The notes beneath the pieces were generated by a model, which ran no database searches, was not told where the DNA came from, and worked only from the letters and a program-made list of their open reading frames with translations. Both the position numbers and the translations under genes were made by a program. DNA of 48,868 nucleotides from Chthoniobacteraceae bacterium (GTDB lineage Bacteria; Verrucomicrobiota; Verrucomicrobiia; Chthoniobacterales; Chthoniobacteraceae): the NCBI GenBank assembly GCA_031409655.1, contig JANNXQ010000067.1:1-48868 (forward strand), given 5' to 3'. Positions 15,582 through 26,018 of this stretch are shown here, in pieces (position 1 is the stretch's first letter; each line of letters starts with the position of its first letter).

Positions 15582-16310
15582 ATGCTCCTCCGGTCGCTTT
15601 TTGCTTTGCTCACTTTTCCGGTGATGGCCTGCGCCGATGATCTCATGCTTGCGATTCCCACAGCTTCCCGCCAGCTCGTCGTGGTCTCCTCAGACGGCTG
15701 GGAGGCTCCGCGCGCGACCGTGCGGCGGTTCGTGCGCGTCGGAGCTAAGGCGCCGTGGAGTCCCGTGGGTTCCGCGCTGCCGGCGCTGGTGGGGGAGCGT
15801 GGGATGGCGTGGGGGCTGGGCTTGCAGCGGGCGCCGCGCGAAGGAGGGGGGCGAAAGCGTGAAGGGGACCGTTGCGCCCCGGCAGGAGTGTTTCGGATTA
15901 CGGGGGCGTTTGGGACGCTCCCGGAAGATGAAGCGGGCGGGATTCGTCTGCCGTATCGACGCCTCGCAGTCGGGACGGAGGCGGTGGATGACCCAGGGTC
16001 CGCTGCCTACAATCAAATCGTCGAACGCGGTGCGATTGTGAAACCCGACTGGAGGAGGGCGGAGCAAATGTGGAAGACCGGCGGCTACCAGCTCGGGCTG
16101 ACGATCGGTTTCAATCCGCGGAATGTCCGAGGCGCCGGCTCCTGCATTTTCCTCCATGTCTGGGAAGGGCGCCGCACCGGCACGGCTGGCTGCACGGTAT
16201 TGCGCTATCCGGACCTGCGGGTGCTCGCGCACTGGCTCGATCCGGCGGCAAAGCCGACGCTCGTCCAGGGGCCGCGCGAGGCATTGGGAGCGCTCGGACT
16301 TCCCGAGTGA
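15582..16310 (+). CDS. L,D-transpeptidase family protein (YkuD-like)
   Basis: KREGDRCAPAGVF and GSCIFLH...TAGC catalytic motif; signal peptide. Confidence 0.85.
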   Translation: MLLRSLFALLTFPVMACADDLMLAIPTASRQLVVVSSDGWEAPRATVRRFVRVGAKAPWSPVGSALPALVGERGMAWGLGLQRAPREGGGRKREGDRCAPAGVFRITGAFGTLPEDEAGGIRLPYRRLAVGTEAVDDPGSAAYNQIVERGAIVKPDWRRAEQMWKTGGYQLGLTIGFNPRNVRGAGSCIFLHVWEGRRTGTAGCTVLRYPDLRVLAHWLDPAAKPTLVQGPREALGALGLPE

Positions 16311-16323
16311 CGGCTCCTGCGGC

Positions 16324-18525
16324 CTAGCCCGGGAGCGGGAAGCGGCGCGTGAGATTGCGCACCTTTTCGCGGATGGCCGCGAGGGCTGCGGGGTCTTCAC
16401 GCTTGGTCAGCGCTTCGTGCATGAGGTCGGCGATTTCCATCATGTCGTCCTCTTTCATGCCGCGGCTGGTCACGGCAGGCGTGCCGACGCGGATGCCGCC
16501 GCCGAGCGAGATTTTCTCGGTGTCGAAAGGGATGCCGTTCTTATTCACGGTGATGCCGGCGTGATCGAGCACCTCGCTGGCGATCTTGCCGTTGAGGCCT
16601 TTCGGACGGAGGTCCACGAGCATCAGGTGATTGTCCGTGCCGCCGCTGGCGAGGCGGTAGCCGTGATGCTGGAGCCGGGCGGCGAGGGCTTTGGCGTTGC
16701 TCACGACCTGCGCGGCGTACGCTTTGAAGGAAGGCTGGAGGGCTTCGAGGAAGCACACCGCTTTCGCCGCGATGACGTGTTCGAGCGGGCCGCCCTGGAT
16801 GCCGGGGAAAACCTGGCCATCGATGGCTTTCGCGTATTGCTCCTTGCAGATGATGATGCCTCCGCGCGGTCCGCGCAGGCTCTTGTGGGTCGTCGTGGTG
16901 GTGAAGTCCGCCAGCGCGCAAGGATTCGGATGCAGACCGCCCGCGACAAGGCCGGCGATGTGCGCCATGTCCACGAAGAGATAAGCGCCCACGCTATCGG
17001 CAATCTGGCGCATCCGCGCGAAGTCGATGATCCGCGAGTAGGCGCTGGCCCCGGCGGTGATCATCCGCGGCTTCACCTCCAGAGCGACGGCGGCGAGGGC
17101 GTCGTAGTCGATGCGCTCGTCCTTTTCGCTCACGCCGTAGTGGGTGACTTCATAGAAGCGCCCGGAAAAATTCGCTTTGTGGCCGTGCGTGAGATGGCCG
17201 CCGTGGGCGAGGTTCATCGTCAGGATTTTGTCGCCCAGATTCAGCATGGCGAAATAGACCGCGGTATTCGCCTGCGAACCGGAGTGCGGCTGCACGTTCA
17301 CATGCTCGGCTCCAGGAAAGAGCAGCTTCACGCGATCGATGGCCAGTTGCTCGACCACATCCACGTGCTCGCAACCCCCGTACCAACGCCGACCCGGATA
17401 GCCTTCCGCGTACTTATTGGTGAGGCAGGAGCCCTGCGCTTCCATCACGGCGCGGCTGGTGAAATTCTCGCTGGCGATGAGCTCGATGTTCTCAAATTGC
17501 CGCCGCGCTTCGGCCTGCACGGCAGCGAAGATTTCCGGGTCCGCCTCGGCAAGCGACAGCGTCTGCATGTTCGCCATGCCGATTTGCTCCAGCTTCTCGA
17601 TGCGCCGCGCATGGCGTCCACCTTCAAAACCCGTCCCGAGAAATGCCTCGACGATCTTCGCGACCTGGATGCTCTCGACGTGATTCGCCGCAAGGCAGAG
17701 CACGTTGGAATTGTTGTGCTGCCGGGTCGTGCGGGCGTCTTCGGCGCTGGCCACGAGGGCCGCGCGGATTTGCGGATGCCGATTCGCTGCGATGCTCATC
17801 CCGATCCCACTCTTACACGCGAGGATGCCGAAGTCCGCCGCCGTGCTGATGACCTCGTGGCACACCGGTTCGGAGAAATCCGAGTAATCGACCGACTCCG
17901 CCGAGTTCGTCCCGAAGTCGGTGACGATGTGCCCCTTTTTAGAAAGGTAATCGTGGATCGCGCTCTTGAGTTCGACGCCGCCGTGATCGGCCCCGAGGGC
18001 AATGCGGAGGGGGCGGCTGAAGGTGCTGGGCTGGGTGGTGGGTGAAGACTGCGCGGTGGACATGGATGGGGATTTTTCGAGGAAGTTGAAAAGGCTGGGC
18101 GTCGCGCGCTGGAGGGCATCCCGCGTGTCGAGATAGGCGTCGAGACCCATGCCGATCGGATCTGGTACGTCTGGATTCTCATCCCGGGCGCTCTCGTCGA
18201 ATTGGCGGACGAGAAAGACCTTCTCCGCCGCCTCCGGGAAGAACATCAGGATCGTGTCGAGATGCCCCTGGGTCATCGCAAAGATGTGCGTGGCCCAACC
18301 GACGAGATCGTCCGTGAGCGGCTGACTGCGCTGCCAGCCGATGTCGATGCCGAGTGGCTTCAGCGCGGTCACGGAATGCGGACTCGGCGCCTGCCCGTAT
18401 CCCGTCGAGACACCCGCCGAGGCTACTTCGTAGTCCTTGCGCCCCTTGACGGCGTCACGAAAGAGACCTTCAGCCATCGGGCTGCGGCAGATGTTTCCGG
18501 TGCAGACAAAGAGGATGCGTTTCAA
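16324..18525 (-). CDS. glyA: Fusion of LMW protein Tyr/Arg phosphatase, RpiB and serine hydroxymethyltransferase
   Basis: One frame holds [17 protein letters not shown]...GGRHARR, and [31 protein letters not shown] start inferred. Confidence 0.92.
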   Translation of the reverse strand: MKRILFVCTGNICRSPMAEGLFRDAVKGRKDYEVASAGVSTGYGQAPSPHSVTALKPLGIDIGWQRSQPLTDDLVGWATHIFAMTQGHLDTILMFFPEAAEKVFLVRQFDESARDENPDVPDPIGMGLDAYLDTRDALQRATPSLFNFLEKSPSMSTAQSSPTTQPSTFSRPLRIALGADHGGVELKSAIHDYLSKKGHIVTDFGTNSAESVDYSDFSEPVCHEVISTAADFGILACKSGIGMSIAANRHPQIRAALVASAEDARTTRQHNNSNVLCLAANHVESIQVAKIVEAFLGTGFEGGRHARRIEKLEQIGMANMQTLSLAEADPEIFAAVQAEARRQFENIELIASENFTSRAVMEAQGSCLTNKYAEGYPGRRWYGGCEHVDVVEQLAIDRVKLLFPGAEHVNVQPHSGSQANTAVYFAMLNLGDKILTMNLAHGGHLTHGHKANFSGRFYEVTHYGVSEKDERIDYDALAAVALEVKPRMITAGASAYSRIIDFARMRQIADSVGAYLFVDMAHIAGLVAGGLHPNPCALADFTTTTTHKSLRGPRGGIIICKEQYAKAIDGQVFPGIQGGPLEHVIAAKAVCFLEALQPSFKAYAAQVVSNAKALAARLQHHGYRLASGGTDNHLMLVDLRPKGLNGKIASEVLDHAGITVNKNGIPFDTEKISLGGGIRVGTPAVTSRGMKEDDMMEIADLMHEALTKREDPAALAAIREKVRNLTRRFPLPG

Positions 18526-18703
18526 AAGGCGCGGCGTGAGGGCGGGAAGATAGGGACGCAGATTTGCCAAGTCAACGCGGTCGGGTGCCGGGAAGAATGG
18601 GCTTGCCCCGCGCAGTTCCTTCGCGAATGGAAACAGCCATGGCTGTCTCTGACCCATGTTCGAAATGCGACCGCGCCGGCTTCGCGGTGGCCGGTGTGGA
18701 GCC

Positions 18704-21001
18704 ATGACGGCGGAACGCGCCGCCGCACGTCCAGTGGAGGAGCGGGGCGTCCGCTGGCGGCGCTGGCTCTGGGGTTTCGCGATCGTCGTCGCGACCTGCG
18801 GGGCCTACTACCCCTGTCTCCACGGGAGCTTTTTGTGGGACGATGATGCCTGGACCACGCGGCTCCAGCCACTCTTCGAATCAGGAACCGCCCTCCGCCA
18901 GATTTGGACGAATCCAACAGCGCTGCAGCAGTTCTATCCGCTCACGGGGACCACTTTCTGGGCGGACCACCACCTCTGGGGCGGCTGGACGCTGCCTTAC
19001 CACCTTCAGAATGTGCTCCTCCACGCGATCGCGGCGCTGCTCTTTTGGAAGGTGCTGCGTCGCTTGGAAGTTCCGGGAGCCTGGCTGGCCGCCGGGATTT
19101 TTGCGGTCCATCCCGTGATGGTCGAATCCGTGGCCTGGGTCGCGGAGCGGAAGAATGTGCTCTCGCTCGCGCTCTTTCTCGGGGCGCTGGCGTCGTATGC
19201 GCGCTTTGCGGGAGATTGGCGGGCTGATGCGGAGCCGGGGCCGCGGGGATCTTACTTCGCTGCCTTGGGGCTCTTCCTCGGCGCGCTTTTGGCGAAGGTC
19301 ACGGCTTACGTTTTTCCTCCGACGATCCTCATCATCTGCTGGTGGAAGCGGGGCCGGATTTCGCGGCGCGACATCATTCCGCTTTTGCCGTTCTTCGCAC
19401 TCTCCTTCGTCGTGGGGACGATTGTCACCTGGGTGGAGATTGTTCACGTCGGGGCCGAGGGAGAGGACTGGCAGGCGACCTTCGGCCAGCGTCTGTTGCT
19501 CGCGGGACGGGCGGTCTCGATGTATCTCGCGCGGCTGCTCTGGCCGGCGGATCTCTGCTTCATGTATCCGCGCTGGGAGTTGGACACGGGGTCGATCACG
19601 CAGTGGCTTTTTCCCATCGGGGTGGTGGCGTTCGCGGGGGCGCTCTGGCGCTTTCGGCAGCGGCTCGAGCGCGGGGTCTTCGCGGCCGTGTTCTTTTTCG
19701 CGGGCACCATTTTTCCCGTCCTTGGTTTTATGAACGTGTACGGCATGCGCTTCGCATCGGTGGCGGATCACTGGGTGTACGTCTCCAGCCTCAGCGTTTT
19801 TGCCTTGGGCGCGAGTGCTCTGGTGCTCGCTGCCGAGCGGCTGCGCCGGGCTTGGATCGGGCCGGCCTTCGCGGCCTGTGTTCTCCCCTTGCTGGCGGGC
19901 CTGAGCTGGCGGGAAGCGGCGCAGTATCGCGATGCGGAGACACTCTGGCGCTCCACGATCTCCAGGAATCCCGGGAACTGGATGCCTTACTACAGCCTCG
20001 GATTGCTCAAGATGGAGCAAGGTCGCGCGGAGGAGGCTCTGGGCTACTATCGGCAATCGATCGAGCGGAAGCCGCGGCACCCCATCGCCTACAGCAACAT
20101 CGGCGTTGCCCTTTTTCAGCTCGGGCGCGATCCCGAGGCGGTTGCCTCCTTTGATAAGGCCATCGCCCTCGGTGTGCGGATGCCGGAAGTGCAGGCCAAT
20201 CTCGCGAATGCGCTGCTCCGGCTGGGGCGCAGCGACGATGCGATCTTCGCGTTGCGTGAATCCGTGAGCATCGACCCTCGCCGCGCAACCACGCACCTGG
20301 CCCTGGGATCGGCGTATGCAAAGAAGGGGCGTCCCGATGACGCGCTGGCGAGTTACCAGGCGGCGGTCGAAATCGATCCCACCAGTGCCGTGGCCCATTT
20401 CGCTTTGGGAAATCTCCTGCTCAAGCACGGTCGCGCCGCAGACGCGGTCGCGCATTTCCAAACGGCGGTCGCCTGCGATCCGAAGCTCGCTGCGGCGCAC
20501 GGAAACCTCGGTCTGGCTTTGCTCCAGATCGGGAGAGCGCAGGACGCGATCACCCATTGCCAGCAGGCCACGCGGCTCGATCCGCAGTTGCCGGAAGCGC
20601 ACAATAATCTCGGCCAGGCCTATCTCCGCTCCAGTCGTTTTCGCGAGGCGGCGGCAGCGTTTCGACGCGCGCTCGACCTGAACCCTGGCCATCTCTCGGC
20701 GTTGGCGAATTGCGCCTGGGTGCTCGCGGCGAGCCCAGACGCCACGGTGCGCGATGGCGAGCAGGCCTTGGAACTGGCCAAGCGGGCCGAGCAGGGTCAC
20801 GCGGGCCGCGACCTCTTTACCTTGCGCGCTCTCGCTGCCGCCTACGCCGAGACGGGGGCATTTTCCGTGGCCGAAGATACCGTCCAGCGCGCCCTCGGGA
20901 CCACGAAAATCCCCGAGCAGACCGCCATCCTGCAAGAGGAACTCGCCCTCTATCGGTCAGGCAGGCCCTATCGCCTGCCGAGCAGTGGTCCCGTCAATTG
21001 A
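18704..21001 (+). CDS. TMTC-like GT-C membrane glycosyltransferase with TPR repeats
   Basis: [26 protein letters not shown] motifs, multiple TMs, C-terminal TPR array. Confidence 0.85.
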   Translation: MTAERAAARPVEERGVRWRRWLWGFAIVVATCGAYYPCLHGSFLWDDDAWTTRLQPLFESGTALRQIWTNPTALQQFYPLTGTTFWADHHLWGGWTLPYHLQNVLLHAIAALLFWKVLRRLEVPGAWLAAGIFAVHPVMVESVAWVAERKNVLSLALFLGALASYARFAGDWRADAEPGPRGSYFAALGLFLGALLAKVTAYVFPPTILIICWWKRGRISRRDIIPLLPFFALSFVVGTIVTWVEIVHVGAEGEDWQATFGQRLLLAGRAVSMYLARLLWPADLCFMYPRWELDTGSITQWLFPIGVVAFAGALWRFRQRLERGVFAAVFFFAGTIFPVLGFMNVYGMRFASVADHWVYVSSLSVFALGASALVLAAERLRRAWIGPAFAACVLPLLAGLSWREAAQYRDAETLWRSTISRNPGNWMPYYSLGLLKMEQGRAEEALGYYRQSIERKPRHPIAYSNIGVALFQLGRDPEAVASFDKAIALGVRMPEVQANLANALLRLGRSDDAIFALRESVSIDPRRATTHLALGSAYAKKGRPDDALASYQAAVEIDPTSAVAHFALGNLLLKHGRAADAVAHFQTAVACDPKLAAAHGNLGLALLQIGRAQDAITHCQQATRLDPQLPEAHNNLGQAYLRSSRFREAAAAFRRALDLNPGHLSALANCAWVLAASPDATVRDGEQALELAKRAEQGHAGRDLFTLRALAAAYAETGAFSVAEDTVQRALGTTKIPEQTAILQEELALYRSGRPYRLPSSGPVN

Positions 21002-21061
21002 TCGTCACCGTCCCGCCATAACGCTTGAGACTGCAGGGCCGACTCGGATATTCCCTCTGTC

Positions 21062-21553
21062 TTGCAATCCACCGTCCTCCCCAGCACCACCCTCGCCGAG
21101 TTCTACCGCTTTGCGGTTTTGCTCGCGGGGAGCGCGAAGGCAGCGGAGCGGGTGATGGCCGAGGTGCTCGCGGACGCGCAGGGGCAATGTGAGCAGCTCC
21201 GGAATGAGACCAGCCGCCGGGCGTGGCTCGTCTCGCGGATCCGCCAGCGGAGTCTGGAAGAAAATGCGGACGCCGCTCCGGCCCCCGGACTCGTGCGCGG
21301 GGCAGGGGAGAGCAGCGAAAGTCCCGAGGTGCTCCAGATCGAAGCCTTCCTGCTCGCCCAGCGCTTCCACGCCCTGCCGGAGCCGGAGCGCACCGCGCTG
21401 GCGCTCCTGCATCTCGACCTTTTCGGGATCGAGGAGATCGCGAAGATTCTCAAGCTGAGTCTGGAGGAACTGGCGGCGACTCTCGGGCGCGCGCGGATGC
21501 TCCTGCGCGATTCGCTGAAAGCCATGCGCGAGGAGGCGACGCCCCAGCCATGA
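21062..21553 (+). CDS. ECF-type sigma factor, divergent
   Basis: LPEPERTALAL...EEIAKIL...LGRARMLL region-4 motif; LAEFYRFAVLL region-2-like. Confidence 0.7.
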   Translation: MQSTVLPSTTLAEFYRFAVLLAGSAKAAERVMAEVLADAQGQCEQLRNETSRRAWLVSRIRQRSLEENADAAPAPGLVRGAGESSESPEVLQIEAFLLAQRFHALPEPERTALALLHLDLFGIEEIAKILKLSLEELAATLGRARMLLRDSLKAMREEATPQP

Positions 21554-22299
21554 AGCCCGACGACGCCGAACTGCTCATGCAATGCCACCGTGCCGGACGG
21601 CCCACCGAGGCCTGTCTGGTGAAGGCCCTCGACTACGTGGTCGGGCACGACACCCTGCGGCTGCGCCTGGAGGAGCAGACCCGCTTTGACGAGCACATCG
21701 GGGAGATCATTCACTGCATCCAGCCGCCGGAGGATCTGCGGAAAAAGCTCGCGGAACTCTGTGCCAAGGACGGCCCGAAACCCGGCAGTCTCAAGCACCA
21801 CGCGATCCTGCCGGCGATCGTCGGTGGCCTGGTGCTCGTCGGCATCGGGGTGTTTCTCTACCTGCAGAGTCTCACGGAGTTCCCCGGTCGCGAGGTGGTC
21901 GAGCGGATGGTGCAGGGCACGGGGAGGATGTCTGGGGTGGAGCTGGAGCCAGTGACCGCTCCGGTGGAGGCCCTCGGCGATTGGTTTTACATGCGCGGTT
22001 TCGAGGGCTACGCGCTGCCCGCGGAGCTGGCCGGTCTGCCCGCCGTGGGCTCGCGCGTCTTCCAACTCGATGGTCGCAATGTCGCCCAACTCGCCGTGGA
22101 TCGGCAGCATCTCATCATCCACGTCTTCGATGCCGGAAAGTTTGGCGTCACCATCGGGGAAAAGGAACCGTGGCGCGTTTTCGATCACGAAGGTTGGGCC
22201 GCCGCTCTCCAGCGCCAAGGCGCAAACTGCTACCTGCTGACCTTCCGCGGAGCCGAAGGTGACATGCGGGCCTTCCTCGATTCCCTGAAAAAACCATGA
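21550..22299 (+). CDS. Putative membrane anti-sigma factor
   Basis: ATGA-coupled to sigma gene, single TM, periplasmic domain. Confidence 0.65.
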   Translation: MKPDDAELLMQCHRAGRPTEACLVKALDYVVGHDTLRLRLEEQTRFDEHIGEIIHCIQPPEDLRKKLAELCAKDGPKPGSLKHHAILPAIVGGLVLVGIGVFLYLQSLTEFPGREVVERMVQGTGRMSGVELEPVTAPVEALGDWFYMRGFEGYALPAELAGLPAVGSRVFQLDGRNVAQLAVDRQHLIIHVFDAGKFGVTIGEKEPWRVFDHEGWAAALQRQGANCYLLTFRGAEGDMRAFLDSLKKP

Positions 22300-22805
22300 T
22301 CGCCCTTTCGTTTCGGCGTCTCTTCCCGGTAGTTGCCGCGCTCAGCGTGCTGGCCTTCTCGGGTTGCGCGTCTTTTGAGCGGGATTGGAAAAATGCCGAG
22401 CGTCGGCCAGAACTGCGGAACTTGGCGCAGACCGATGTTTTCACCGGCCGCTGGGATGGGCGCTGGACGAGCGCCAAGCACCAGACGCGCACCGGCCCGG
22501 CAGGCGGGCGGCTGCGCTGCCTCCTGACGAAGCTCGACGAACGCCGCTACGAAGCCCGCTTCAAAGCGAACTGGATGATCTTTGCTTCCAGCTACACCAC
22601 CATCTTTCAGGTCGAGCCCCGCCGCGGAGAACTTGGCTTGAAAGGCGAGCACCAGATGGCGGCGATGTTTGGCGGCAACTATCGGTATGCGGGCCGCGTC
22701 ACTCCGCGACTTTTTTCCGCGAGCTACGACTCCAGCTACGACCAGGGAACGTTTGCGATGGTGCGTCCCGGCGAAAATTCCCGCCAGCCCGCAAGCGGGC
22801 GTTGA
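22296..22805 (+). CDS. Lipoprotein
   Basis: Lipobox FSGC; coupled to upstream gene. Confidence 0.65.
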   Translation: MIALSFRRLFPVVAALSVLAFSGCASFERDWKNAERRPELRNLAQTDVFTGRWDGRWTSAKHQTRTGPAGGRLRCLLTKLDERRYEARFKANWMIFASSYTTIFQVEPRRGELGLKGEHQMAAMFGGNYRYAGRVTPRLFSASYDSSYDQGTFAMVRPGENSRQPASGR

Positions 22806-22837
22806 CGCCTCCTCCGCGAATCCCTTACACCGTGCGC

Positions 22838-23161
22838 ATGTCCCGCCCGATCCTCGCTTTGTTTCTCCTCCCCGCGCTGGCCGCTCCGCTCGCTGGCTGT
22901 GCCACGCCCTACAGCCGGATGTACTCGCCAGCCAAGAGCTACTACAAGGCGCCCCCGGAGCCGGAAAAGAATTCGGATGCAGACAAACTGCCGCCCGTGG
23001 ACGGCGCGACGATTCCCGGGGCGGGTCCGGCTGGCGGGTTGCCCCCCGGTACCCCGCCTGGCGAGTTGGCGCCGCCGCCGTTGGGCGATCCGGGATTGCC
23101 CGTGCCCGCCGCCGATCCGCTGAATATGACGGCGCCGCCGGCCGTGCCGCCCCCGCTCTGA
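22838..23161 (+). CDS. Proline-rich lipoprotein
   Basis: Lipobox LAGC, low-complexity Pro-rich tail. Confidence 0.6.
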   Translation: MSRPILALFLLPALAAPLAGCATPYSRMYSPAKSYYKAPPEPEKNSDADKLPPVDGATIPGAGPAGGLPPGTPPGELAPPPLGDPGLPVPAADPLNMTAPPAVPPPL

Positions 23162-23335
23162 TCCGCGTCGCCGGAGCCCTCCGCATCCGGGCGGAGCGAT
23201 CAGTCTTCGCCTCGCGGGCCGCAACGCCTTGCCGCGAGCCGGGTTTCACCCAGGGTGAAACCTTCGTCCCCGACGCTCCGTATCGGTCTGACTCCTGCTT
23301 GACTTGCCCACTCCGTGAACGCTTGCTCTCCCGCC

Positions 23336-25948
23336 ATGTCCGAGTCTAACCCGACCATCCCGGATGACTCGGCGATCCCGGAGCAGATCCTCGCCGAGGT
23401 CTGGATCTATGTGGCCGGTGAACTCGTCCAGAAATACGCCATCGAGCATGGCGAGTACATCATCGGGCGGGACGCGAGCTGTCCCATCGTCGTCGATGCC
23501 GACGCCGTCTCCCGCCATCACGCGCGGCTCACTTTCAATGCCTACGAACTCGTCATCGAGGATCTTGCCAGCACCAGTGGCGTCTTCATCGATGGCCAGC
23601 CAGTGCAGCTCCCGACCCGCGTGCGGCTCGACCAGGAAGTGCAGATTGGCGGTGCCCGGCTCTTCATCCGGCTGAAGGAATCCGCCGCCAAGCAGCTCGC
23701 CGCGGCGCTTTGGGACAAGGATCTCGGCCTCGGCGCGGTCCGCGGGCAACTCGAGGGGAAGCATTACAAAGTCATCACCACCGTGAATCGCGGCGGCATG
23801 GGTGTGATCCTCCAGGCGCGCGATCTCCGCATCCGGCGCACCGTGGCCATGAAGGTGATGAAGACGAGCACTCAGTTTTCGCGGGAGAATGTGCTCCGTT
23901 TCATCGACGAGGCGCAGCTCACCGGGCAGCTCGAGCATCCGAATATCGTCCCCGTCTATGAGCTCGGGATCGATGAGCAGGGCGAGACTTTCTACACCAT
24001 GAAATTCGTCAAGGGTATCACCCTCGACGACGTGCTGCGCGGCATCCGCCACGGCACCGAACGGATCGTGGAGAAATATCCACTCGGAACCCTGCTCACC
24101 ATCTTCCAAAAGGTCTGCGACGGCGTGGCCTTCGCCCATGCGAAGGGGGTGGTGCATCGCGATCTGAAGCCGGAGAATATCATGATCGGCTCCTTCGGTG
24201 AGGTGCTCGTCATGGACTGGGGTCTGGCAAAGAACATCACCGCCGGACGCCGCGAGACCGCCGTGGAATCCACCGCCCACGCCCAGGCGGCGGCGTCGAA
24301 GTTTGTCGATCTGCGCGGCTTCGAGACGCTCAACGGCTTGATCGTCGGCACGCCGCCCTACATCTCGCCAGAGCAGGCGCGGGGCGAACTCGACAACATC
24401 GATCCGCGCACCGATCTCTACGTGCTCGGGGCGATCCTTTACACCATTCTCACCCTTCGCCCGCCGGTGGAAGGCGAGTCCGTTCACGAGGTCGTGGAGA
24501 AAATTCTCGGGAACCAGATCCGGACGCCATCGAGCTACAATGCCGTGGCGAAGAGCGATCGCGGGTCGGGCATCTCCGCGCCCGTCGCGGATCCGATCGT
24601 CTTCCTCCATTGCCCCGGCAAACGCATCCCCGACGGGCTCTCCGCCGTCGCGATGAAGGCCCTCGCTCTCGATCCGGCAGCGCGCTACCAGAGCGTCGAA
24701 GAGATGCAGGCTGACATCACCGCCTTTCAGGGCGGCTTCGCGCCCAAAGCGGAGCGCGCGTCGGTGCTCAAGCACGGCCTGCTTTTCGCCGGCCGCCATC
24801 GTCGGGAGATGATTCTCTTTTCCATCTTCGCCGCGCTGCTCCTCGCCAGCGGCGTTTGGTTCGTGCTTTCGGTGACTAAGGAAAAGAATCGCGCCATCGA
24901 CAGTGAGCGTGCCGTCCGCATCAGCGAGCAGCAGCTCAAGGTGGCGATGGCGGAGCTGACGGGTACGGCGCCGACCTTCTTTGAAGACGCGAAGATGCAC
25001 GTCGGACGGCGCGATCTCGACGAGGCCTTGGACAAGATCGACTTCGCCATCCGGCAGCTCCCGAATAACGCGGACTATCACCTGCTCCGCGGCAATATCC
25101 TGCAAACGCAGTTGCGCTGGGATGAGGCCATCGAGGCCTACGAAGATGCCCTCGAGCGCAACCCGAATCTCGCGGTGGCAAAAGAGAACCTCGCGCTCAC
25201 CAAACAACTCCTCGCGGATCTCGGGCCGGACTCGGACCCCGGGAAGAAGCAAATCGACCTGCTGATGGCCTCCCTCAAGTCGCAGAAGCGCGGTGCCGAA
25301 CATGACACGCTCGCGGAGAGGCTGGGCGGCAACCGCCCGCCGCCGATGCTGGGCAAAGAGGGGCCTCCGATGGATGCGGGATCGCGCCGAGGACCACCGT
25401 TTTTCGGCCAATTCCGCGCCTGGGGGAAGAGAGGGCTGGACGGGCGGATGAATCCAGATCTGAGCAAGCTCTCGCCCGATGAACTTCACTCCCTCGCCGC
25501 AAGTCCGAATAGCTCCTTGAACTGGAGCAACAGTGGCGTCAGCGACCTGAGCCCGCTCGCGGGACTGCCCTTCAAAAATCTCTACCTCGTCGATTGCAAG
25601 GGCATCAGCGACATCGCGCCGCTTGCGGGCATGCCGCTGGAACGCCTCAACCTGAGTAAGACCAACGTCAGCGACCTCACCCCTCTCGCCGGAATGCCGC
25701 TGCGCGAACTCGGCCTCGAGGATTGCCGCAACGTGAAAGACCTCTCGCCTCTCGTGCGCTGCACGAAGCTCGAGATCCTCATCATTCCCCGGCAGGTTCG
25801 CGGCCTCGAAAGTTTGCGCGGGATGCCGAGTCTGAAGACGATCGGCAACAAGGCCCCGGGGATGCCCGTCGAGGAATTCTGGAAAAAGTTCGACGCGATG
25901 AAGAAGGGCGAGATGCCCGCGCCACCGCGGCTTCCTCCGCAGAATTAA
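23336..25948 (+). CDS. Ser/Thr protein kinase with FHA, TM, TPR and LRR domains
   Basis: IGR...VSRHHA...DLASTSG (FHA); VAMK, HRDLKPEN, DWG, GTPPYISPEQ; DLSPLAGLP repeats. Confidence 0.92.
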   Translation: MSESNPTIPDDSAIPEQILAEVWIYVAGELVQKYAIEHGEYIIGRDASCPIVVDADAVSRHHARLTFNAYELVIEDLASTSGVFIDGQPVQLPTRVRLDQEVQIGGARLFIRLKESAAKQLAAALWDKDLGLGAVRGQLEGKHYKVITTVNRGGMGVILQARDLRIRRTVAMKVMKTSTQFSRENVLRFIDEAQLTGQLEHPNIVPVYELGIDEQGETFYTMKFVKGITLDDVLRGIRHGTERIVEKYPLGTLLTIFQKVCDGVAFAHAKGVVHRDLKPENIMIGSFGEVLVMDWGLAKNITAGRRETAVESTAHAQAAASKFVDLRGFETLNGLIVGTPPYISPEQARGELDNIDPRTDLYVLGAILYTILTLRPPVEGESVHEVVEKILGNQIRTPSSYNAVAKSDRGSGISAPVADPIVFLHCPGKRIPDGLSAVAMKALALDPAARYQSVEEMQADITAFQGGFAPKAERASVLKHGLLFAGRHRREMILFSIFAALLLASGVWFVLSVTKEKNRAIDSERAVRISEQQLKVAMAELTGTAPTFFEDAKMHVGRRDLDEALDKIDFAIRQLPNNADYHLLRGNILQTQLRWDEAIEAYEDALERNPNLAVAKENLALTKQLLADLGPDSDPGKKQIDLLMASLKSQKRGAEHDTLAERLGGNRPPPMLGKEGPPMDAGSRRGPPFFGQFRAWGKRGLDGRMNPDLSKLSPDELHSLAASPNSSLNWSNSGVSDLSPLAGLPFKNLYLVDCKGISDIAPLAGMPLERLNLSKTNVSDLTPLAGMPLRELGLEDCRNVKDLSPLVRCTKLEILIIPRQVRGLESLRGMPSLKTIGNKAPGMPVEEFWKKFDAMKKGEMPAPPRLPPQN

Positions 25949-26018
25949 GAAACGTCAGCGGGTCTGACTCTGGGCTTTCAGCCCTCGTGCAATCCGGCTT
26001 TCATCCGCGGTTCCAATC

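Noticed and set aside
16123..18045. Long antisense ORFs here and at 18881-20935, 23246-25489, 26001-28127, 44851-46332
   Set aside because: Shadow frames opposite well-supported genes in high-GC DNA, with no motifs
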